This document shows, one piece after another, positions 1-7,861 of a stretch of 64,000 nt of DNA. How positions within the stretch are numbered: the stretch's first letter is position 1; each line of letters opens with the position of its first letter. Below the pieces are notes generated by a model that was not told where the DNA came from, did no database searches, and saw only the letters and a list, made by a program, of their open reading frames with translations. The stretch lies in the IMG/VR virus record IMGVR_UViG_3300003322_000571, positions 248,001-312,000 of that record. The stretch is one strand, 5' to 3'. The translations under genes were made by a program, and so were the position numbers.

Positions 1-1
1 T

Positions 2-733
2 GATCGTGAAGCGATCAACAGAATTTGTCAGCTGCTTAAGCCCTTCAGACGTGCCGCCCATAGCATTAAACATCTGACGAGCACCGTTTGTGATGTTCGC
101 AAATGTCGTTGCATCAAGCTTAAACTTGAGAGCTTCGTTCTGCTGAGCAGCCATTGCATCAATCAAGTTCCCGGTACCTTCTACAAGACCACCGTTCGCT
201 TTATTTTGCGATAGAACTTGCTTGCCTGCTGTCGTTACGGCAGAGCCGAACCATGAAACGGCAAGGCTAGCCCAGTCAACATTCTTAACGAGGCCACTGA
301 ATGATTTGTTAACAGCGGTCGTTGCTGATTGCAGCCTCTGCGAAGCAGTGCGGTGTCTGTCAGCAGCATTAGTGACAGTACGGCCAAGACGCTCTAGTTC
401 ATCTGTAGGAGCGTTGTTTGCAATTGCAGCAGCTTGATCACGGTGAGCCTTTTCAAGAGCATGTGCCGCTTCAATCTCAGCCTTCTTTGCCTTGATTGCT
501 TCTTGGACAAGCTTTTCTTGCTGTTCGTTCAGTTTCCTACCAGCGCGCAATTGCTTCGAGAACTCAGCAAGGTCGTTTGTTGCGTCTTCACGCGCCCGAC
601 GTTGTGCTTCTTGTGCTCGAGCAATATTCGATTGACTTGCCAACAAACGTTCAATACCTTGAGTCAACAACTGCAGTTGTTGCGCGGTTGCTTGAAGCTG
701 TTGATTAAGTACTGTGGTGTTGACGTCTGCCAT
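2..733 (-). CDS. Tape-measure-like tail protein, N-terminal part (runs off the left edge; missed by the ORF track)
   Basis: Open frame from ATG at 733 (MADVNTTVLNQQLQATAQQLQLLTQGIERLL...) with no stop before base 1. Ala/Gln/Leu-rich helical composition. Divergent from the gp26/gp51-like genes and preceded by TAAATA (754-759, - strand). Confidence 0.65.
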   Translation of the reverse strand, partial: MADVNTTVLNQQLQATAQQLQLLTQGIERLLASQSNIARAQEAQRRAREDATNDLAEFSKQLRAGRKLNEQQEKLVQEAIKAKKAEIEAAHALEKAHRDQAAAIANNAPTDELERLGRTVTNAADRHRTASQRLQSATTAVNKSFSGLVKNVDWASLAVSWFGSAVTTAGKQVLSQNKANGGLVEGTGNLIDAMAAQQNEALKFKLDATTFANITNGARQMFNAMGGTSEGLKQLTNSVDRFTI

Positions 734-753
734 GGAAACCCCTTTTATCCAGG

Positions 754-783
754 TATTTAGACGAAGGAACCGTTGGCTAAATA
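754..783. promoter_or_regulatory. Back-to-back divergent late promoters (TAAATA)
   Basis: TATTTA at 754-759 (- strand) and TAAATA at 778-783 (+ strand) lie between the divergent genes; both resemble the T4 gp55 late promoter TATAAATA. Confidence 0.7.
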
Positions 784-805
784 CGCAGTACTAAAAGGAG
801 TCTAT

Positions 806-1612
806 ATGACAGAAACAACAAACCCACTGTTGAAACGTTTGCGCATTCCCGGTGCAACATTTAGATTGCCGTCTCAGGGAATCCTGTATACAAACGGTGA
901 ACTAGATCAGTCGGTTAAGAATGGTGAGGTTGAAGTAAATCCGTTGACGGCAATTGATGAAATTGCTCTCAGCTCGTCCGATAAACTAATTTCCGGTAAG
1001 GCTGTTACGGAAGTAATCTCACGTTGTATTCCTCAGGTTTTGAAGCCAGAACTACTGCTCAATACCGACGTTGAATTCTTGCTTGTTGCACTTCGCATTG
1101 TTACATTTGGCGATGTGATTGAAGTGCAGTACCAACATACATGCGATGGTGCAAAGGAACATACGTACAAGGTTAACTTGCAAGCCATGTCGGCACGTGC
1201 TCGTCCTCTTGATCCGACTGCGATCACAAAGGAATACACGATCACATTGCCTAATGAACAAGTCGTTGTTCTTCGCCCGCTGATCTTCTCTGATGTAATT
1301 GCACTTGTTCAGTCACATGCAGAACTCAGCGGTAAGGAACGGAACGAGATCCCAGTAGATCAGGAAGAGCTGATGCAATTTGCTAACAAGTCGATTGCAG
1401 CTATTGTGATGTCAGTTGATGGAATCACAAACCAGGAGCAGATTCGTGAATGGGTTTCCGCATTGCCACTGGGCTATAAGAGGCAAATTGAGCAAACTGC
1501 TCATGCGGTAACAAGGTGGGGTGTAGATACGACGAGTAAGCAGGTATGTGCTGATTGCAAAGCGAAAATCGATGTCCCAGTGATTGTCAATCCAGTAAGT
1601 TTTTTTACCTAA
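806..1612 (+). CDS. T4 gp26-like baseplate hub / tail assembly chaperone
   Basis: Start moved to ATG 806 (RBS AAAGGAG at 794-800). Motifs LRIPGATFRLPSQG, EVEVNPLT..DE, D.EFLLVALRI.TFG.. and H-T-C/CADC metal-ligand pairs; ends NPVSFFT like gp26-family proteins. Confidence 0.8.
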   Translation: MTETTNPLLKRLRIPGATFRLPSQGILYTNGELDQSVKNGEVEVNPLTAIDEIALSSSDKLISGKAVTEVISRCIPQVLKPELLLNTDVEFLLVALRIVTFGDVIEVQYQHTCDGAKEHTYKVNLQAMSARARPLDPTAITKEYTITLPNEQVVVLRPLIFSDVIALVQSHAELSGKERNEIPVDQEELMQFANKSIAAIVMSVDGITNQEQIREWVSALPLGYKRQIEQTAHAVTRWGVDTTSKQVCADCKAKIDVPVIVNPVSFFT

Positions 1613-1839
1613 CACTTAGGTCAGGCGATCTGGATAACATCCGAAAGATGTTCGCCAGCTTGAAACAAGACATCGACAATCTGATACTCAATATTACTGA
1701 GCTGACGTACTTCATGCGAGGTGCGATTCAATACGACGACATGTTTGACATGTGTTTCCTAGAGCGGCAGAAGGTGAGTGAATTCATCGAAAAACGCCTG
1801 GAAGTAGAGAAGAAGAAACCACCATCGCAGCAATATTGA
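1600..1839 (+). CDS. T4 gp51-like hub assembly protein; probably the -1 frameshift extension of the gp26-like ORF
   Basis: The segment ITELTYFMRGAIQYDDMFDMCFLERQKVSEFIEKRLE resembles gp51-family C-termini. The frame is open through T TTT TTT at 1600-1606. The only ATG (1648) has a weak RBS. Confidence 0.65.
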   Translation, partial: FFYLTLRSGDLDNIRKMFASLKQDIDNLILNITELTYFMRGAIQYDDMFDMCFLERQKVSEFIEKRLEVEKKKPPSQQY

Positions 1840-2252
1840 GCTGAACTAAGTGATCTAGTCCTGCATGCCGGCATTATCAGCTTCGCAGAACTCGTAGGAG
1901 CGCTTCGCTTATCCTACGAGTTCTCGTTTCGTTTGAAGTACCTAGCGGAAATAAACGGGAAGCAATCACAATCCCTCCCCCGCATTTTCGTAGCTGACTG
2001 GAAGAACCTCACGGCCTGGGCGATACAGGCTTGCACTGATAGCGCAGCCCACGCTGGTCAACTTTTGCGGACTTCATACCGCGGGCTCGTTAGCTGTCGC
2101 TCTGTTCCCACTCCCGGACGAGTAAGGGTCTACGTCCGTGCGTTTCTACTTTAGCAGCTTGTTCCTGCTTGATTTGGAATTGTGTCGTCTAGAGTGCCGC
2201 GAAGGCAATTGAGGCTGTTATAACAACAGCTCTGATATGTCTGTGTAGAGTC
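1840..2252. ncRNA. Hairpin-dense non-coding element (structured RNA or replication origin; family not recognised)
   Basis: At least 7 stem-loops in ~410 nt, including a perfect 13-bp stem (1887-1899/1912-1924); no credible ORF. Confidence 0.5.
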
Positions 2253-2732
2253 TTAGGATTTGAACAAAGCCAGCCAATAGGCGTCGGTGACGTCGGCTAA
2301 CCCTGAAGATTTTTTCAATTTAGCGGTAACAAATTTGTCCATTACGTTCTGTGGTACGGCTGTGATCATTGCTGCCTTATCGGACTTCCCAGTCCCTGTG
2401 GCGAACTTCTTAAGTGAAGTTGGTGCAATGATTTTGACGACCGTGCTTGGGTGTTTGACTTTCAAACGTGTGATCACAACAAATTGCAATCCTGCCAAGT
2501 CACGCGTTGCATCTCCTCGAATACCAAATGCAAGACCTTCAATGCGGACATCCTTGATTGAGTACTGTGTAACGAGATCCTCAATGAAGTCTGCGAGCTC
2601 AATTGCTCGCTCGTAGACGTCTTTGTCTTTCGTAGTCTTGAACGTGCCAAACTTGTGAATTACGTTGCTTTCGTCAACGATCACGTAGCCAGTGCACGTA
2701 TATGATTGGTCGATACCGAGAGTATATTGCAT
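2253..2732 (-). CDS. ruvC: RuvC-like Holliday junction resolvase
   Basis: RNase H-fold acidic motifs LGIDQS..TGY, VRIEG..FG, KKFATGTGKSDK and D.TDAYW; 159 aa. Confidence 0.85.
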   Translation of the reverse strand: MQYTLGIDQSYTCTGYVIVDESNVIHKFGTFKTTKDKDVYERAIELADFIEDLVTQYSIKDVRIEGLAFGIRGDATRDLAGLQFVVITRLKVKHPSTVVKIIAPTSLKKFATGTGKSDKAAMITAVPQNVMDKFVTAKLKKSSGLADVTDAYWLALFKS

Positions 2733-2797
2733 GGGGTCTCCTATACCTATATAGGCAAGAAGACGCCCCGGGTGACAATGTTAGATGATCATATGGG

Positions 2798-3118
2798 TTA
2801 AATGGTCAGTTGATGGTCTTGTAGCTGCTCTAGAGTATATGTCTCATCACTGTTCGGCAAGAACCAAGTCCATACATCATGCCTGTCGCGGTACCACTCT
2901 TGAACAGTCCAGTACCAACCACGGCGAATTTCCCGAACAAATGTGTGTGGATTCGTGTACACCACATAATGGTGGAAAGTATTATGACGAACCATCTCAA
3001 CTCGTCGTTGTTTCTGTTTGTTAACTCGAATGATCACTTCAATTTCTGGATCACGGTAAAACTCTACGGGAAATGCCTCACCTTCCTCCAGTTCGATTTC
3101 AATTACGCTCAGCGTCAT
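2798..3118 (-). CDS. Hypothetical protein
   Basis: 106-aa ORF overlapping the gp46 stop on the same strand; no motif recognised. Confidence 0.6.
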   Translation of the reverse strand: MTLSVIEIELEEGEAFPVEFYRDPEIEVIIRVNKQKQRRVEMVRHNTFHHYVVYTNPHTFVREIRRGWYWTVQEWYRDRHDVWTWFLPNSDETYTLEQLQDHQLTI

Positions 3119-4892
3119 CTTGCTCTCCTTGTTCGTCCTTGATATAACTGAACCCCTTTTCCATTTGAATCTTTAGGGTGTTCTTAAAAATACTGCCTAC
3201 TTCATCACGGTGTGATACGATGTACATCGACAAACCGTCAGTTTGAGCTTTCAGTTTCAGTAACTTTGCAGCAGCCTGAACACCAACAGCATCGAGACCG
3301 TGATCGAGCACTTCATCCAACATACACACGTTAACGCGATTACTCATACGTTCGCGAACGTCCTTAAAAGCGAGCGACAAGGCAATGTTGACGCGTGCTC
3401 GTTGACCAGCTGACAAGTTACCGAAATCTAGTTCTCGGCCAAACTGTGAAATTTTCGCTGTCATTTCATGTGTGAACTCAACGACATGCGGCAACCCTAG
3501 TTGCGACAAGTTTTCTCGAAGGTTCTTGTTCAGAACAGGGAGCTTTTGGTTGAGCAGTTCTTTACGAACAAAACTGTCCTTCTTCGTCAACAGCTTCAGC
3601 AGGAACTTTTGGTGTTCAATTTCACGCGTTGCCGTATTGACTTCGTCGTAATTGATTGGTTCCAGCTCAGCGTTCAGCAGTTCTTCATAAGGTTCGACAA
3701 ACGGATTGATCGCGTTTTCTTGCTCAACGATCTTTGCTCGGATGTTTTCCGTTTGGTTCTTGATGTTTTGTAGTTCTTCAAGGTCGTGTACAGTAACCTT
3801 TTCACGGACTTCACTAATCTTCGCACGTAGTTCCTCGAGTCGTTCCGCAGCTTTTTCAATCAACGGCTGTAGTTCTTCGATCTTTGTGAACAAAGAATCG
3901 TTCTCTGCGATCAAACCGTCGATCTTACCGGCTGCTTCTGCATAGTCCTGCAAGCAATACGGACACTTAGCATCACGCAAGTGTGACAACTGACTTTCGT
4001 TGTCTTGGTACTGCTTCATCAACTCTTTCATTAGACGTTGGTCAGCCTTCAGCTGTTCACTGAATGTATTGCGTTCTTCGGTCAAAGCTGAAAGCTCTGT
4101 GTGGAGAGCACGCTCGACATCGAAGTCGATTTGTTCAACACGATTCAGCTTGTCTTTCAGATTTTCAATCTGCTCGGTGTTCTGACGAATCCAAGAAGCT
4201 ACACGTGCTTTCGCGCTTTCAACCAGTGTCAAATGACGCGCGTGTTCCTTCTCAAGCAGTGCGACCTTCTCCTTCTTCATTTGAAGCGAGAGTTCCCAGT
4301 CCTTTGTTTCCTTCTTGAGTAGTTCAGCCTTTGCAGACAGTTCCGTAAGGCCAAATAGCTCTTCGATGATGTCTTTTTGGTTGGGGGCGGTTGCGTGCGT
4401 CTGAGGAAGATCAAGGAACGGTGTATGAGAAGCACTGAATACGACGATACGAACAAACAGCTCGTACGGAATACCAATTGTGTTTTCAATCAGCTTGTTC
4501 GTGCCAGCACTGTCAACCGTTTTATCTTCACCATTGACGTAGAAGTACGTGTTGTTGCCAGCTGCGCCGGCCTTTGTCTTGCGTTCACGAATGATCTTAT
4601 ACAGGTTGCCATCACCCGTTGAAAATTCAAGAGTGACAACCATGTTCTTCCCGTTAATGTTGTTAACGAGATTGTCCTTGGAAATTTTGCTGATCGGCTT
4701 GTCGTAGATAGCGTAAGTGAGTGCGTTAATCAACGCACTCTTACCTACACCGTTCGCACCAATACCCTCAGCAGTCTTGTCGAGATCCTCACCTACGATC
4801 AACGTAGTGCCGGGACGCTCGAGTTCGAAAATTGTAGTGTTGTTACCGTAGCTGAGGAAGTTCCTCAGCGTCAGTGTATGGAAACGAATCAT
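3099..4892 (-). CDS. 46: Recombination/repair nuclease ATPase subunit (T4 gp46 / SbcC / Rad50)
   Basis: Walker A NGVGKS, long coiled coil with CPYC zinc hook, signature LSAGQ, Walker B MLDEVLD, H-loop VSHR. Confidence 0.93.
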   Translation of the reverse strand: MIRFHTLTLRNFLSYGNNTTIFELERPGTTLIVGEDLDKTAEGIGANGVGKSALINALTYAIYDKPISKISKDNLVNNINGKNMVVTLEFSTGDGNLYKIIRERKTKAGAAGNNTYFYVNGEDKTVDSAGTNKLIENTIGIPYELFVRIVVFSASHTPFLDLPQTHATAPNQKDIIEELFGLTELSAKAELLKKETKDWELSLQMKKEKVALLEKEHARHLTLVESAKARVASWIRQNTEQIENLKDKLNRVEQIDFDVERALHTELSALTEERNTFSEQLKADQRLMKELMKQYQDNESQLSHLRDAKCPYCLQDYAEAAGKIDGLIAENDSLFTKIEELQPLIEKAAERLEELRAKISEVREKVTVHDLEELQNIKNQTENIRAKIVEQENAINPFVEPYEELLNAELEPINYDEVNTATREIEHQKFLLKLLTKKDSFVRKELLNQKLPVLNKNLRENLSQLGLPHVVEFTHEMTAKISQFGRELDFGNLSAGQRARVNIALSLAFKDVRERMSNRVNVCMLDEVLDHGLDAVGVQAAAKLLKLKAQTDGLSMYIVSHRDEVGSIFKNTLKIQMEKGFSYIKDEQGEQDDAERN

Positions 4893-6031
4893 GAGATTGT
4901 AAGGCGTTTGTATTGTTCAATCAGCAAATTGTTGTCGATGTGATCACTTTTGATTTCCTGGAGCATTTTGATCACCAAGTCATCAACGGTGCTGATTTCT
5001 TCGTCTTTGTTAGCGACCTCTTCCTTAGTCTCTTCGGAGACTTCAGTGCTGGTCAGCGCTTCATTTAGTTGTTGTGTTTCTTCGAGCGCGAACTCACGAA
5101 GCTTATACGCATCCATCATCTGCTGACGGATCAATGTACTTTCCTCGAAGGTAATAGGAACGTCAACCAAGCATTTTACACGTGCATTACGGTACATCGT
5201 CACTTTATCATCAAGTAGCTGTGACAGCTTAATCTTGAGGTACTTTGGACAGTCTGGCCAGTCGATGAACGTCATATCATCGTCGATGTGATCGTACGTC
5301 ATCATTCCGCGATTGAAGTCGCCAGCATCGCCAAAGTCCATTGGAAACGTGTTTCCCATGTAGACGATATTATCTTGCTCTTGTCGCTTGTGAAAGTGAC
5401 CGGATACGATATGCTTAGGACCTTTAAAGTCGGAAGCTGCAGGGCCAGTAGGCATTTTGACGTTGTAACCAGTAACGATAAAGCCCTGGAATTCAAAGTG
5501 ACCAGCCCAGAACGGAATCTTCAAGTACTCCTGAAGACCAGGGTACTCGTCGTGGAACATATAAGGGCTAAACAACGCTCCACCCTCAATCTGATCAATA
5601 ATTTTAGGTTCATCGATAACAACGAAATTGCTGAACTCTTTGAATGTAACGATCGAATGAATTTCACGCGAGTTGCGATGGTATAGGTCGTGGTTACCAA
5701 CAACGAAGAACACCGGCAAACCGAGATTGTTCAACATTGATGCGCCTTCGTGTGAACTATTCAACGTAGCAATGTTGATTGAACTACGGTTCTCGTTCCA
5801 GTCTCCTAGAAAACCAATGTAGTCAATCGTTGGATCTGCCTGTACTTGTTCGCAAAACCATGCGAGAAAGTCGAGGCAGTCTTGATTATGAATTGGTGAA
5901 TTGGACTTTTTACCGAAGTGGATATCGGTGAAAAAAGCTCCTTTACGGAGCTTCTTTGTCGATCGCTTTGGTGTGTAGGTGCAAGTATTATCTGGCACCA
6001 GACTAACACCGGGACTAACTAGGTTCGCCAT
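4889..6031 (-). CDS. 47: Recombination/repair nuclease subunit (T4 gp47 / SbcD / Mre11)
   Basis: Metallophosphoesterase motifs FTDIHFG, LGDW, VGNHD, GHFE and SGHFH; coupled to gp46 and gp55. Confidence 0.92.
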   Translation of the reverse strand: MANLVSPGVSLVPDNTCTYTPKRSTKKLRKGAFFTDIHFGKKSNSPIHNQDCLDFLAWFCEQVQADPTIDYIGFLGDWNENRSSINIATLNSSHEGASMLNNLGLPVFFVVGNHDLYHRNSREIHSIVTFKEFSNFVVIDEPKIIDQIEGGALFSPYMFHDEYPGLQEYLKIPFWAGHFEFQGFIVTGYNVKMPTGPAASDFKGPKHIVSGHFHKRQEQDNIVYMGNTFPMDFGDAGDFNRGMMTYDHIDDDMTFIDWPDCPKYLKIKLSQLLDDKVTMYRNARVKCLVDVPITFEESTLIRQQMMDAYKLREFALEETQQLNEALTSTEVSEETKEEVANKDEEISTVDDLVIKMLQEIKSDHIDNNLLIEQYKRLTIS

Positions 6032-6630
6032 TATTGTTCTTCTTGTTGTTCGGCAGGTTCTTCAGGAACAGGATCTTCTTCAACGGGGATAGGAGTGATC
6101 TCAACACCCTTTTCGTCGCGTTCGATTGGACCATCCACGAAACGACCAGAAGACAAGGAGTCAGCTGTGCTGCGAATTGTGTCGAAGTCTTGTTCGTCTT
6201 CAATGCCACGTGGGCCATCGTTACCGTCATCGTAACCAAACGAAGGGTTGAAACCTTGGTCTACTAGGAGAGCGTCGCGAACGTCACGTTGGCGCTTCTC
6301 GTGGTTAAGGTACTGGATAAACGAGTGCTTAATACACTGCGTAAAGAAAGCGAATGGATTGTTACTCTTGGCGGGATCGAAACTTTTCCAAGTTCGTACA
6401 AGCATCATAAGTGCGTATGCTTGCATATCCTCGTTGTACGAATAATTGACGAAGTTACCTTTCTTCGCATAATTCGAACACAGTAGCATCAACATTTTGG
6501 CTAGCGTCGGCGTCATTTCGCCTTTCGCTTTCGATGTGATTACTTCTGGCAAGAGATCCTTGTTGTTCAGGTAGAATACTTTACCTGCAACTGTAACGGA
6601 ATGCTTTGTTCTTGTTCTTGTTGTTGCCAT
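6031..6630 (-). CDS. 55: Late-transcription sigma factor (T4 gp55-like)
   Basis: YLNNKDLL..V, NFVNYSYNEDM, FDPAKSNNPFAFFTQCIKHSFIQYLNHEKRQ match the gp55 family; T4-like position next to 47/46. Confidence 0.9.
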   Translation of the reverse strand: MATTRTRTKHSVTVAGKVFYLNNKDLLPEVITSKAKGEMTPTLAKMLMLLCSNYAKKGNFVNYSYNEDMQAYALMMLVRTWKSFDPAKSNNPFAFFTQCIKHSFIQYLNHEKRQRDVRDALLVDQGFNPSFGYDDGNDGPRGIEDEQDFDTIRSTADSLSSGRFVDGPIERDEKGVEITPIPVEEDPVPEEPAEQQEEQ

Positions 6631-6666
6631 TTGTTTTACTACACCTTCTTGATGAGGTTTGGGTTA

Positions 6667-6695
6667 ATAGTACACGAATTTTTGAACGATGTCAA
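6667..6695 (-). promoter_or_regulatory. Sigma70-type early promoter for the gp55-47-46 operon
   Basis: - strand reads TTGACA-17 nt-TACTAT (6695-6690; 6672-6667). Confidence 0.7.
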
Positions 6696-6726
6696 CACAC
6701 TAAATACCTGACTTAAGGTCGAAAAT

Positions 6727-7515
6727 ATGGCAACAAACCTACAAAATGCGTACAAAGTACGTCTGATTCCTATCTCTAGCCTTGTCGGTGGAGGGGATCC
6801 AGACACGATTCGTAACAGTCAAGTAACGTTTGACGTCACTCCTACGTTTGTTGAATCGGGTTCAGTTGAATATACACCTGTCACGCCCGTCCATATGCCC
6901 GGATCAATGCAAGTGTACAAGCATACAAATTCTCGTACGTTTGAAATCACAGCACATTTGATCACACGCAATACTTCTGATGCGCTAAAGAACATGAAAT
7001 ATCTTCAGCGTCTTCGTGGTTGGAGGATGCCATACTTCGGACAATCAGATACACTGACGGATGCAAATCGTCAAGCTCGTAGTGAATCACAGCAGGCACG
7101 TGCGAATCAAGCTGGCACACCAACAGCTACGTTGTCTGATGCGGAACGCGATGCTGCAGTGCGTCAGCGTGTTCAAGATGAAGGGGTTCAATTGCGGGGC
7201 GCACCGCCTGACGTCCTTTATTTGTATGCGTATTCGAATGATCAGATCGATCAACGTAACAACACAGGTGGAATCTTCACGCCAGTCAACATCAACCGTG
7301 TTCCTGTCGTATTGACAAATCTGTCGATCACATTTCCCGAGGATGTTGACTACATTCCTGTATATGACCCTGCGAACAGTCCTGATGCGACGTTTACGCA
7401 GCCTTGGCCGGTCAAAGTTGATGTGGCAATTTCTCTGGTGGAGACCCATTCACCAAGTGAGTTCGAAAGGTTTGACCTTGCGGCGTACAAAAACGGTAAC
7501 CTTGCAATGTTCTGA
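6727..7515 (+). CDS. Baseplate/tail-tube initiator-like protein (gp48/gp54 / CIS tube-like)
   Basis: First gene of the baseplate operon after TAAATA (6701-6706). Pattern VTFDVTP...YKHTNSRTF.ITA...LRGWRMPY...PPDVL.L...VPVVLTNLSITFPEDVDY is typical of contractile-tail tube initiators. Confidence 0.6.
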   Translation: MATNLQNAYKVRLIPISSLVGGGDPDTIRNSQVTFDVTPTFVESGSVEYTPVTPVHMPGSMQVYKHTNSRTFEITAHLITRNTSDALKNMKYLQRLRGWRMPYFGQSDTLTDANRQARSESQQARANQAGTPTATLSDAERDAAVRQRVQDEGVQLRGAPPDVLYLYAYSNDQIDQRNNTGGIFTPVNINRVPVVLTNLSITFPEDVDYIPVYDPANSPDATFTQPWPVKVDVAISLVETHSPSEFERFDLAAYKNGNLAMF

Positions 7516-7526
7516 GGTGTTTATAT

Positions 7527-7853
7527 ATGGCTACTCAAATGCGATCTGACCAACAACAAGGTGGTCGTTACGTTCAAGGTGGTGAAGTGACTGTTATTGG
7601 TGGTAACAGACTAGGCTGGTGGGAACGTAAGATTTTTACAAAGTCCTCGTCCGACATTGCGTTCACGATCACTCCAAAATACGCTAACCGACCAGATCGT
7701 CTCGCATATGACCTGTACGGTCGTGCAAACCTTCAATGGTTCATTCTTCAATACAACAATGTGACTGATCTGTTCACTGACTTTGCAGTTGGTAAGCAGA
7801 TTGTTGTTCCTACAAAGTCGCGCCTATTCACAGAATTGCTCTCCAGGAGCTAA
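7527..7853 (+). CDS. Baseplate wedge LysM-like protein (T4 gp53 / P2 gpX-like)
   Basis: RPDRLAYDLYGRANLQWFILQYNN...G.QIVVP, a LysM-like motif; operon position fits. Confidence 0.8.
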   Translation: MATQMRSDQQQGGRYVQGGEVTVIGGNRLGWWERKIFTKSSSDIAFTITPKYANRPDRLAYDLYGRANLQWFILQYNNVTDLFTDFAVGKQIVVPTKSRLFTELLSRS

Positions 7854-7861
7854 TACTTTAT

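Noticed and set aside
222-760. + strand ORFs at 222-437, 434-760 and 496-708
   Set aside because: Shadows of the - strand tape-measure-like gene.
1933-2154. 73-aa ORF in the non-coding block
   Set aside because: TTG start without RBS, no motif, and it coincides with dense hairpins; more likely a chance ORF.
1840-2252. Group I intron, RNase P RNA, SRP RNA or HEARO/omega-RNA assignment
   Set aside because: I could not find the diagnostic P7/S elements, GAGGAAAGUCC or the SRP helix-8 motif. Only short HEARO-like words (GTTGACCAGC, TTCCAGTC) are present, and no HNH/IscB gene is adjacent. Left unassigned.
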